This document shows, piece after piece, positions 29,198-37,735 of a DNA stretch of 62,058 bases. The notes beneath the pieces were generated by a model. It did not search any database. It had not been told where the DNA came from and saw only the letters and a list, made by a program, of their open reading frames with translations. The stretch is taken from assembly GCA_046760445.1 (NCBI GenBank), contig JBHIEE010000002.1:1-62058 (forward strand). The letters run 5' to 3'. The stretch's first letter is position 1; each line of letters begins with the position of its first letter. Both the position numbers and the translations under genes were made by a program. Source of the stretch: Candidatus Aminicenantia bacterium (GTDB lineage: Bacteria > Acidobacteriota > Aminicenantia > JdFR-78).

Positions 29198-29302
29198 TTT
29201 TCTTTTTTTATAGGTTATAAAAAAAGCTTGAAGATGGGATTTGAACCACTTTATTCTACTTAAGTTTTCAGAGGAAGAAATTTTCTAATAAGAAAACCGG
29301 AC

Positions 29303-29640
29303 CTCATTCCAAGTATTAATCCCACCATATACCCCTGGAGAGAATCAGCATAAGATAACCTGGTCTTAGGGACGCGATACCAATTAAAGCATTTTTTTAG
29401 TTATTACATTTGACTATTTTCTCTTTAAATATTATTATTTTATCAAATAAACAAAAGGAAACAACAGATTATGAAATGCTCCAAATGTCATTTTGATAAT
29501 CCCGCTGATACCCGCTTTTGCGGTAAGTGTGCAACCCCACTTCCTTCTCCAGATGAAATCTCTGTTTGCCATACTAAGACTCTCGAGACACCCATGAAAG
29601 ACTTAACCACAGGAATAACTTTGGCTGGAAAGTACAAGCT
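29303..29640 (+). repeat. Repeat R1: upstream region + promoter + Zn-ribbon 5' coding module shared with 43957-44295
   Basis: Aligned by eye with R2. The first ~120 nt have only a handful of mismatches. Similarity continues through the start codon and about 45 codons. Confidence 0.85.
29410..29438 (+). promoter_or_regulatory. sigma70-type promoter of kinase gene 1 (conserved in R2)
   Basis: TTGACT (29410-29415), 17 nt, TATTAT (29433-29438). Same boxes and spacing at 44064-44092. Confidence 0.5.
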
Positions 29641-31711
29641 CATTAAAAAACTGGGAGAAGGGGGCATGGGTGCCGTGTTTCTGGCCGAACAGACTGAGCC
29701 AGTCCGACGACGCGTTGCCCTTAAGATCATTAAACTAGGGATGGATACTAAACAGGTTGTGGCCCGCTTCGAGGCAGAGCGTCAGGCCCTCGCAGTAATG
29801 GACCACCCCAACATCGCCAAGGTCTACGATGGTGGAGCCACCCAGACAGGGCGTCCATACTTTGTGATGGAGCTTGTCCGTGGAATGCCTATTATTGAGT
29901 ACTGCGACAAACATAAACTCTCCATGCGCGAGCGGCTGGAGCTGTTCATTCCGATATGCCATGCGATCCAACATGCCCACCAGAAGGGTTTGATTCACCG
30001 TGATCTTAAACCCTCCAACGTGTTGGTGACGGTTCAGGACAATAAGCCTATTCCAAAGATAATCGACTTTGGCATCGCCAAGGCAATAGATCATCGCCTA
30101 ACCCAGCAGACACTCTACACAGAGCAGGGCCAGCTCATCGGGACACCTGAGTACATGAGTCCTGAACAAGCAGAGATGTCTGGTCTAGATGTGGATACGC
30201 GGACGGACATCTACTCCCTGGGAGTCATGCTCTATGAGCTATTGGTGGGAGTGCTGCCGTTTGACCCAAAAACACTCCGATCAGCTGGATTTGGCGAGAT
30301 TCAGCGAATCATTCGTGAAACTTATCCACCAAAGGCCAGCACTCGTCTAAGCAGCCTAGGCGATACCCAAAGCGTAATTGCTGAACACAGGCGGACAGAT
30401 CCGACTTCCCTTCATAGACAGCTTAAGGGCGACCTGGACTGGATTCTCATGAAGGCTATGGAAAAGGACCGTACACGCCGCTATGAAACCGCGAATGCTA
30501 TGGCCCTGGATATCCAGCGGCATATTAGCAACGAACCCGTCTTGGCTCGCCCTCCCAGCACCATGTACCAGCTACAAAAGCTAGTAGCGCGACACAAGAC
30601 TATATTTGCTTTTGTGGGATTACTGTTTGTGTTGCTTCTGGGATTCGCCATCACTATGACAGTGCAATCGGCCCGGATTGCCACCGAGCGTGATAGAGCC
30701 GATAGAGAAGCTACGAAGGCTATGGCTATCAACACGTTCCTAATGGAGACTTTAGGTTCAGCAAACCCGATTGAGGGAAGCAGCCGTGATATCACAGTAG
30801 TGGAGGCGCTGAAGACAGCAACTGAAAAAATCGCCGAGTCCTTTGTTGAACAACCAGAGGTAGAGGCAGAAGTCCGTCATACAATCGGGATTACATATCT
30901 AAGGCTCGGCCACTACGAGGACGCTGAGAAGTTGCTAAGGTCGGCATTAGAAATTTTTCAAAACACACTTGGTCGAGATCACCCGGATATAGCAGGACCG
31001 CTAACTAGTCTTGGTATATTAAGACATGAACTGGGTGATTATAATGAGGCTGAATCGCTTTATCGCGAGGCCCTGGCAATTAAACGCAAATTGCATGGAG
31101 ACGAAAATGAGGAAGTATTGAATATCTTGAATAACTTGGCTTTGTTAATTCAGGATAAAGGCGACATTGAGGCAGCCGAGCCACTATTCCGAAAGATCTT
31201 GGAAGTTGACCGTAAGCTATTGGGAAAGGAGCACCTTAATGTGGCAATTGACCTCAACAATCTTGGCAGGCTTCTTCAGAAAAAAGGGGATTATGAGTCA
31301 AGTGAGCTGCTGCTTCGGGAGGCAGTTACCATCCTCCGGAAGAAACAGCATCCATGGTTGTCCATAGGCTTAAGCAATCTGGGTGAGTTGCTGAATAAAA
31401 AGGGCGATTATAAGGCGGCCGAGCCGATTTTCGTCGAGGCTCTATCGATTGGGTTGAAGTATCTTGGTGATAAGAATCAGGATGTGGCTAAGCTTCGAAG
31501 CAGGTACGGTGCGTGTCTGATTAAGCTGAAACGTTTTGAAAATGCGGAAGAGCAACTCCTCGCTGCTCTCCCGGTCTTGCGCGATAGCCTGGGTGAACAG
31601 AATGAAAGGACTCAGCAGACGATCAGCTATCTTATCGAACTGTACGAAGCTTGGAGTAAAGAAGATAAGGCGGCTGAGTATCGAGCTCTTCTTGCCTCGC
31701 AAAGACAATAA
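29471..31711 (+). CDS. Hanks-type Ser/Thr protein kinase with N-terminal Zn-ribbon, one TM helix and C-terminal TPR (TPR_10/12-like) repeats
   Basis: CSKCHFDN...FCGKC; GEGGMGAVFLA, VALKII, HRDLKPSN, DFGIAK, SPEQ; TM IFAFVGLLFVLLLGFAITMTV; repeated LNNLA/LG--Y-EAE-L TPR units. The gene body is much GC-richer than its first ~170 nt. Confidence 0.9.
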   Translation: MKCSKCHFDNPADTRFCGKCATPLPSPDEISVCHTKTLETPMKDLTTGITLAGKYKLIKKLGEGGMGAVFLAEQTEPVRRRVALKIIKLGMDTKQVVARFEAERQALAVMDHPNIAKVYDGGATQTGRPYFVMELVRGMPIIEYCDKHKLSMRERLELFIPICHAIQHAHQKGLIHRDLKPSNVLVTVQDNKPIPKIIDFGIAKAIDHRLTQQTLYTEQGQLIGTPEYMSPEQAEMSGLDVDTRTDIYSLGVMLYELLVGVLPFDPKTLRSAGFGEIQRIIRETYPPKASTRLSSLGDTQSVIAEHRRTDPTSLHRQLKGDLDWILMKAMEKDRTRRYETANAMALDIQRHISNEPVLARPPSTMYQLQKLVARHKTIFAFVGLLFVLLLGFAITMTVQSARIATERDRADREATKAMAINTFLMETLGSANPIEGSSRDITVVEALKTATEKIAESFVEQPEVEAEVRHTIGITYLRLGHYEDAEKLLRSALEIFQNTLGRDHPDIAGPLTSLGILRHELGDYNEAESLYREALAIKRKLHGDENEEVLNILNNLALLIQDKGDIEAAEPLFRKILEVDRKLLGKEHLNVAIDLNNLGRLLQKKGDYESSELLLREAVTILRKKQHPWLSIGLSNLGELLNKKGDYKAAEPIFVEALSIGLKYLGDKNQDVAKLRSRYGACLIKLKRFENAEEQLLAALPVLRDSLGEQNERTQQTISYLIELYEAWSKEDKAAEYRALLASQRQ

Positions 31712-31749
31712 TGTAGATCCCTTTTTGGGTAGATTAGGGATTACCTTAA

Positions 31750-31890
31750 GAGATATCCTTACTCCCAAGTGGCAAAGATAAAGCCATAGAGCATTATCAG
31801 AAATTTCTCAATCTCTGGAAGGATGCTGACCCTGGTATTTCTGAATTAATCGATGCTAAAAAGCGACTAACTACCCTAAAAAGTCAGTAA
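31750..31890 (+). pseudogene. Orphan 3' fragment of a TPR/kinase-type gene
   Basis: The frame opens right after a stop and reads ...[40 protein letters not shown] recognise this as a C-terminal tail of TPR/kinase proteins of Acidobacteria/Aminicenantes-like genomes. No upstream coding body. Confidence 0.55.
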
Positions 31891-32041
31891 TTTTCTGTAT
31901 TGGCTGATTAGTTGATCTTTCTGACACTACTTTGCTTTTTATTTTAAAGAGAAGAATAGTGCAGAATTAATTATGTGGTTGAATTAATCCTTTTTTTTTG
32001 ATATGTAAGAAAGTGTTTGAAAAAGAAGAGATCAATTCAAA

Positions 32042-32452
32042 ATGAAGACATTAAAAATTACAAGTGATCTTACAGAGTTAGACAAAATAAGAAGTTTTTT
32101 GAAAAAAAATCTCAAGGGATTGAATATTTCAGATAAAGATTACTATAAAATTGAGCTATCACTACTGGAAATATGTGTAAATATCATCAGATATGCCTAT
32201 CCCAAGGAGAAAGGCGAGATCTCCTTTAAGACTTGGCATCGAGAGGGAAAGATATTTTTAGAAATAAGGGATAAGGGTATTCCTTTTGATCCAAGAAAAG
32301 CGAAGAAGCCTGATATAGGGGAAATCATCAGGAATGAGAAAAAAGGTGGATTAGGAATTCTCCTTTCCTCCAAGCTTATGGATGGATTTGATTATAAGCG
32401 AGAAAATAATCAGAATATTCTGACTATGTATAAGAAAATTAAAGAGGCTTGA
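32042..32452 (+). CDS. Anti-sigma-factor-type Ser kinase (RsbW/SpoIIAB-like HATPase_c_2)
   Basis: 136 aa. ELSLLEICVNIIRYAY (N box), IRDKGIPFDP (G1), GGLGILLSSKLMD (G2). Confidence 0.8.
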   Translation: MKTLKITSDLTELDKIRSFLKKNLKGLNISDKDYYKIELSLLEICVNIIRYAYPKEKGEISFKTWHREGKIFLEIRDKGIPFDPRKAKKPDIGEIIRNEKKGGLGILLSSKLMDGFDYKRENNQNILTMYKKIKEA

Positions 32453-32461
32453 GCCTCGGAA

Positions 32462-33289
32462 TCAGTATAAGACTTTATCCTCGCCCTGCTTCTGGATAAG
32501 TTTGTCGATTTCCTTGAGTATCAGCTCCTTCCGAGTGAGGACAGCGTTAATTTCTTTATCTTTCAAATATTCCCCGACAATGTCTTTTATCAATTCAAAA
32601 TTCAAGGCCTTTATTTTCTCGACAAAAGCCCGGGGAAGCTCTCTCATAAGCTTTGGTCCTTCTTTATGTTTCTCGGTAAAGATGAGTTCTTTAGTGAATT
32701 TTTTGGAAGATCTGAAGGAACGGGAGTGGTCGATGAGGATCATACGCCAATCCTTAGTAATGAGAATATTCCCCGCATGACGGTCTTCGTTGCCAATCAA
32801 GTTATCGAAGGCTCGTTGCAAGTAGATTGCCCTATTCCAATAGAAGACTTTGTAAGAGGGAATTTTAATTTTTCTCTCATTTTTCTCCCTAAGTTTCATT
32901 TCATATTCCACCCATAATTGACAGGAGCCTCGATCTCCCTGAAATCTTCTTTCCACAGTGGGTGAGACCATATTCAGACCTAAATACTTGTCTAATCGGT
33001 AGGCAGCGATTTCCCATTTCCAGCCTTCAATATACCCTTTCATCCGGCCCTCTGGGTTCTTCCACAACGCATCTCTAGTGATGCCGTCTTTTTCCAGAGT
33101 CAGCACCCAGGGTTCAGTGACTGCCTCTCGCCCTTTCTTCTGGTAAAAACTTGTAATTTCTGCTGTTTTGAGGAATTCTTCCCATTTGGCTCTTTCTGCC
33201 AGTTCTTCTGGAGTGAACTGAGCTATGGATTGAAAATGAAAACCCAGGAAAATTATAAAGAAGAAAAAGGTAATGATTCTTTTATTCAT
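32462..33289 (-). CDS. Exported PI3K/PI4K-like (SCO1664/HipA-like fold) putative kinase, paralog A1
   Basis: Signal-like N-terminus MNKRIITFFFFIIFLGFHFQSIA|Q. EIAAYRLDKYLGLNMVSPTVERRFQGDRGSCQLWVE. GNEDRHAGNILI (DRHxxN catalytic-loop-like). ILIDHSRSF (DFG-position equivalent). Confidence 0.55.
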   Translation of the reverse strand: MNKRIITFFFFIIFLGFHFQSIAQFTPEELAERAKWEEFLKTAEITSFYQKKGREAVTEPWVLTLEKDGITRDALWKNPEGRMKGYIEGWKWEIAAYRLDKYLGLNMVSPTVERRFQGDRGSCQLWVEYEMKLREKNERKIKIPSYKVFYWNRAIYLQRAFDNLIGNEDRHAGNILITKDWRMILIDHSRSFRSSKKFTKELIFTEKHKEGPKLMRELPRAFVEKIKALNFELIKDIVGEYLKDKEINAVLTRKELILKEIDKLIQKQGEDKVLY

Positions 33290-33356
33290 CTTTTCCCCTC
33301 CTTCATAATTGAGATTTTCTGATTAATTTATCTTAAATATGGCATAAAATAAGACA

Positions 33357-34178
33357 TTAATACAAAACTTTATCTTCGCCTTTTTCTTTTATCATTTCAT
33401 CGATCTCCTCTAAAAGAAGCTGTTTGCGGATGAGAATAGCTTTTATCTCTTTGTCCTTCAAATAGGGACCCACAGCTTTTTTGATGTTATCAAAGTTCAA
33501 GGTTTTAATCTTTTCCACGAAAGCCCGAGGAAGTTTTCTGAATGGTTGAGGGCGACCTTCGGCATTCTTTCCAAAAAGGAGTTTCTCAGTGAATTTCTTA
33601 GAGGAACGGAAAGAACGGGAATGGTCGATGAGAATCATACGCCAATCCTTGGTATAGCGGATATTTTGCTGGGTTCGGTCTTCGTTGGCGATCAAACTGT
33701 CAAAAGCTCTCATTAAATACTTCATTTTGCTCCAATGGTCGGACTTAGTAGGAGGAATCTGAATTTTTTGTTCCATTCTTTCAAGATCGCTGTATTCATG
33801 CTCAACCCAAAGCTGAAGAGACCCTCTCTTCCCCCTAAATCTTCTCTCGACTGTGGGCGGAACCATATTTAACCCCAAAAGTTTATCCATCTCGTAAGCA
33901 GCGATTTCATACTGCCATCCTTCAAGGTAGCCCTTCTGGATACCGCTGGGGTTCTTCCATACACCATTTCTTTCTACATCTCCCTTTTTTAAGTAGACCT
34001 CAATCGGCTTTGTAACACCTTCCCTTATATCTTTGTATTTTACTATCTCTGCAGTTTTGAGGAATTTTTCTATTTCTTCCCTTTGGGCAATCTCAGCAGG
34101 AGTGAACTGTCCGTTGGCCTTATAGCTTTGAGCTATGAGAAGAAATAGAGTGATAATAAGAAAAATTTTTCGTTTCAT
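33357..34178 (-). CDS. Exported PI3K/PI4K-like putative kinase, paralog A2
   Basis: ORF 33357..34208. Start moved to ATG 34178 behind AAGGAG, giving MKRKIFLIITLFLLIAQSYKA|NGQ. Same blocks as A1 (EIAAYEMDKLLGLNMVPPTVERRFRGKRGSLQLWVE, ANEDRTQQNI, ILIDHSRSF). Confidence 0.55.
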   Translation of the reverse strand: MKRKIFLIITLFLLIAQSYKANGQFTPAEIAQREEIEKFLKTAEIVKYKDIREGVTKPIEVYLKKGDVERNGVWKNPSGIQKGYLEGWQYEIAAYEMDKLLGLNMVPPTVERRFRGKRGSLQLWVEHEYSDLERMEQKIQIPPTKSDHWSKMKYLMRAFDSLIANEDRTQQNIRYTKDWRMILIDHSRSFRSSKKFTEKLLFGKNAEGRPQPFRKLPRAFVEKIKTLNFDNIKKAVGPYLKDKEIKAILIRKQLLLEEIDEMIKEKGEDKVLY

Positions 34179-34260
34179 TTTTTTCTCCTTATTCGAAGCT
34201 TTCCCCAAAATATTTTGATAATAATATAACTCTATTTTTTTAGAAAATCAAATCAAAACA

Positions 34261-34289
34261 TTGACATGAATTTTTTTAATGTTATAAAT
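34261..34289 (+). promoter_or_regulatory. sigma70-type promoter upstream of the beta-propeller lipoprotein gene
   Basis: TTGACA (34261-34266), 16-17 nt, TATAAA/ATAAAT (34283-34289). Confidence 0.4.
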
Positions 34290-34395
34290 TTTCTTTTCGA
34301 GGTAAAGAAAAAGTGATTGCCTTAAAAATAAATAAATGATATTTGGCTTTTTTTAAATCTCTTGCTAATATAATTTATTTAAAGGAGAATAGAGA

Positions 34396-35214
34396 ATGAA
34401 AATAAGGTTTTTCTTGTTGAGTGCCTTAATCCTATTAGCCAATTGTTTGCCGGCAAAATATTCCCCAACAATTCGATTTCCTTATACATGGCTTGGAAAC
34501 ATTGACCAGCAAAATTTTGTCGAGCCTTCTGGTATTTGTTTTCATCCCCTTAGGAAAACTCTTTTTGTAGTGAGTGATGAGGGAAAGATTGTTGAGATGG
34601 AGACTGATGGAACGCCTGTTTTTAATTTAAAGATTCCTGGAGATTTGGAAGGAGTAACAGTTAACCCTCAATCAGGGCTTCTATACCTAATAATAGAGGG
34701 AGAGGACATCATCCTTGAGTTTGACCCTGATAAGAAAGAAGTCACCCGAAAATTTCCCGTTAATAGAGAATTCCAAGGCGATCCCAACTTTCTCCAAAAG
34801 CAGGAGAAGGACTATGATAACGGCATTGAATCCATTGCTTTTATCTCGAATGAAAATCATCCTGAAGGAGGAACTTTCTATGTGGGTAATCAAGACGATC
34901 CTCCTTGTATAATGGAAATTCTGGTTCCTCTAAAATCAAGCCAAGCTGAGACTGCGGAAGCTCGGATTACCAGGGTTTTACCCTTCAAAATGGATGACCC
35001 TGCAGCTATGTATTATGATTCTAAAGCAGGACTCTTAAATGTTGTCAGCGATGCAGATAACATCTTGGTGGAGATAACCCTGGAAGGAAAATTAGCCAAA
35101 GAATATGCTTTTCTTGGGGACAATCAGGAAGGACTTGCCAGGGATGAGGAAGGCTATTTGTACATTGCCCAAGATTCAGGGGGAATAATTAAGGTAAAAG
35201 ACCTGAGAAAATAA
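34396..35214 (+). CDS. SdiA-regulated (YjiK-like) beta-propeller lipoprotein
   Basis: Lipobox LLANC. Repeated EPSGI / DLEGV / GIESIA / NQEGLARD blades typical of the SdiA-regulated domain family. Confidence 0.6.
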   Translation: MKIRFFLLSALILLANCLPAKYSPTIRFPYTWLGNIDQQNFVEPSGICFHPLRKTLFVVSDEGKIVEMETDGTPVFNLKIPGDLEGVTVNPQSGLLYLIIEGEDIILEFDPDKKEVTRKFPVNREFQGDPNFLQKQEKDYDNGIESIAFISNENHPEGGTFYVGNQDDPPCIMEILVPLKSSQAETAEARITRVLPFKMDDPAAMYYDSKAGLLNVVSDADNILVEITLEGKLAKEYAFLGDNQEGLARDEEGYLYIAQDSGGIIKVKDLRK

Positions 35215-35223
35215 AAAAACAAA

Positions 35224-35387
35224 GCTCAAAATCCAAATGTCAAATGAATGATATTGAGATTTATTGAAACTCATTGAGATTCTTTGAGATTTGTTAAGAT
35301 TTTTAATCTTCCTCCTTCCTAGTCTCCCAATCTCCTATTCTCATAGTCTCAGATTTTTCATTTGATATTTGAGTTTTGTCATTTGAA
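35224..35387. repeat. Imperfect inverted repeat of doubled words, overlapping the 3' end of the TLC gene
   Basis: ctcaaaatccaaatgtcaaatgaa (left) versus ttcatttgatatttgagttttgtcatttgaa (right). Inner words attgagatt / tctcccaatctcc. Confidence 0.5.
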
Positions 35388-36800
35388 ATTTTCATTGGAT
35401 ATTTTTCTTTTAGCTGATAATTCTTTGTGCTCTCGCATAATAAAAATGCAAAGGATTATCCAAATCACTACAATTGCAACATTGAATTGAGCAACTCTTG
35501 CTATATTTTCTATATTGAAAGCGAGATAAGTTGTACCCAGGAAAACGAGCAAAGCTGATAGTACATCACCTGCGCGCCAAAAAAAAGTGTCTATGGCTGC
35601 TTTGGCTTTATATTTGGCCTCTCTTGAAGTTATGAGGAAAAGGGCATGTCGGGTTGCATTCATAATAGAGTAATCAGTACTATTTTCAAAGGTTTTAACC
35701 CATCTTACTATTATCAAGGTTGCTCCAAAAGCAATAAAGAAATATCCCCCAAGGGCAACTAAGGGGAGGATGAACAGGGCTCCTCTAACTCCAAACCACT
35801 TAAAAATTCGAGACATCAGAAAGAGCTGAATAACCGCGGCAATAAGATTAACAATAAAATAGAAATCTGCATAGAGTTTGCCGATAAGTTCTGGCTTATC
35901 TAAACCTCCTGTTTCACCAATCAGGATGGCTTTGTCGGCATTGTGGATGATTACCTTCCCTAATATGTATTCGCCATTGGTGTTGACGAAATTAAGCAAT
36001 AAAATAAGAAAAGCTATGTAAAGAAGGTATCGACTTTTAAAAACAAAACGAAACCCTCCTCCCTTTTTAAGGGGCTTCTCCTGAACTTTTTTTCTTGATT
36101 CATTCTCAGGACTGACTTTTGCTGCTTTATCCTCAGTTCTTTTTATCTCTCTTTTATGAATAATAAGGGTTAATAAAATGCAAATTCCCAGTATTCCTCC
36201 TGCAACCAGCATCAATTGATAGAGACCCAAGGACCCCACAAGCCAATTATGGATATTAGGCCCCCATAAAGCTCCAAAGTTTGCTCCGAACATAACTATA
36301 GGGAACAAACGTTTCCCTGCTTCATGGGTGTATAGATCGTTAGCAAAGCCCCAGAATTGAGCAATAACCATCAAGTTAAATATACCTATCCAAACAAAAA
36401 AGATTATTCCCATTGTTCCTAACGGAATTCCAATTAAATTTAAAACATAAAAGAGGACTAAGTTGGAAATGAAAAAGAGCGTTACCCAAGTGATTAATAT
36501 TTGCCGGGGGACTTTAGAAGCAATATCACTGAATATTTTAATCACAGGAATAAACAAGATTGCGATAGCGCCACTAAGATAACTTCTAAGTTCAGCTCCC
36601 TTTCCAGCTAAAATTAAGGCTTCCCTTATTGGCTTTAAAATGTAATAAGCGGTAAGAAGGAGAAAAATGTTGAAAGTTAAGAGAAAAGCAGTAGGAGCTT
36701 CACCGGGGTAGACCACTGTAAAAATTCTAAGAATTCTATGAGCAAATCCAGGCGATTTTTCATAAGTTCTCTTCATCCCTTCATTGTTGTAAGCTTTCAT
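35379..36800 (-). CDS. TLC family (ATP/ADP translocase-like, Npt1/Npt2-type) membrane carrier
   Basis: 473 aa, about 11-12 TM. LLLTAYYILKPIREAL and AQFWGFANDLYTHEAGKRLFPIVMFGANFG match the TLC signature (FW-FAN-----EAKR-YP-FG-GAN-G). Confidence 0.7.
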   Translation of the reverse strand: MKAYNNEGMKRTYEKSPGFAHRILRIFTVVYPGEAPTAFLLTFNIFLLLTAYYILKPIREALILAGKGAELRSYLSGAIAILFIPVIKIFSDIASKVPRQILITWVTLFFISNLVLFYVLNLIGIPLGTMGIIFFVWIGIFNLMVIAQFWGFANDLYTHEAGKRLFPIVMFGANFGALWGPNIHNWLVGSLGLYQLMLVAGGILGICILLTLIIHKREIKRTEDKAAKVSPENESRKKVQEKPLKKGGGFRFVFKSRYLLYIAFLILLLNFVNTNGEYILGKVIIHNADKAILIGETGGLDKPELIGKLYADFYFIVNLIAAVIQLFLMSRIFKWFGVRGALFILPLVALGGYFFIAFGATLIIVRWVKTFENSTDYSIMNATRHALFLITSREAKYKAKAAIDTFFWRAGDVLSALLVFLGTTYLAFNIENIARVAQFNVAIVVIWIILCIFIMREHKELSAKRKISNENFK

Positions 36801-36931
36801 TGAATCCCCCTTTCATACTTTCCCCAATGGATTTTTCATGAAAATTATTCTTGAATTAAATAAAACACCCTTTCCTATAAAAAGTCAAAATAAATTCTGC
36901 TATTTTTAAATATTATTGACCGAGAAAATTT

Positions 36932-37735
36932 TTAGGAGAAGAGGACGGATTCTTCTCCTTTTTCTTCTATTAATTGTTGAATCTTCTCTATGATAATATT
37001 TTTTCGTTCCAGTAATGCTTCAATTTCCTCGTCATTTAGATAGGGCTTTAGCTTGGCTCTAACGATTTTGCTGTCCAATTTCAGAAAGTTTTGATAAAGC
37101 TTCTTCGAACAACGGGTGATTTCGCAACCAGGGATTAATTCTGAGAATGGTGAAAAGGCCCCAGAAAAGTCAACCCTCCATACTTTCCAATCCTCCTTAT
37201 GGATTAAAATATCATCCGTGTCTATGCGCTCGTTGTAAGTTAAATTCTCAAAAATATTTATATCTTCCAGGGTGTTTTCAAAACCCTTAGGGTCAGGTGG
37301 TTCAATATTTCTTCTTTTTCGGTCATTTTCTGTTATGCAGCCTCCGATGAATAGCTGAAGGGATCCTTTTATGCCCTTTATTTCTCTTTCCACAACAGGG
37401 GGAACTCTATTTAAATCAAGGAGTTTATCCAGCTCATAAGCAGCAATTTCATATTTATAACTATCAGGGAGAAACGATGGTCTACGACGATTGATATACT
37501 TGAAGTATCCTCGCCGTGCTATTTTCCCATCATCCAGCTTTATTACCCAAGCTGCCATTCTTCCTCCCCGTGGGTCTATTTCAACAGAAACAATCTTAGC
37601 GGTTCTTAAGTAATTCTCCAGGTCTTTTTGCTTCAAATCTTTTTGATTGGCCATTTGGGATTTACAATTACACCAATTGCCAAAAATGAAGCAGATAAAA
37701 AACATGATGGTCAAAGCTCTCTTATTTTTCATCAT
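36932..37735 (-). CDS. Exported divergent PI3K/PI4K-like paralog A3 (catalytic motifs altered)
   Basis: ORF 36932..37762. Probable start MMKNKRALTIMFF... at 37735/37732, overlapping the stop of the upstream phosphatase gene. EIAAYELDKLLDLNRVPPVVEREIKGIKGSLQLFI is conserved, but NERIDTDDIL replaces NEDRHAGNIL and VDFSGAF replaces IDHSRSF. Confidence 0.5.
   Translation of the reverse strand: MMKNKRALTIMFFICFIFGNWCNCKSQMANQKDLKQKDLENYLRTAKIVSVEIDPRGGRMAAWVIKLDDGKIARRGYFKYINRRRPSFLPDSYKYEIAAYELDKLLDLNRVPPVVEREIKGIKGSLQLFIGGCITENDRKRRNIEPPDPKGFENTLEDINIFENLTYNERIDTDDILIHKEDWKVWRVDFSGAFSPFSELIPGCEITRCSKKLYQNFLKLDSKIVRAKLKPYLNDEEIEALLERKNIIIEKIQQLIEEKGEESVLFS

Noticed and set aside
29225-29290. Minus-strand tRNA fragment suggested by gggatttgaacc
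   Set aside because: The T-stem would have two mismatches in five pairs. No anticodon or acceptor arms can be drawn. Probably a chance match.
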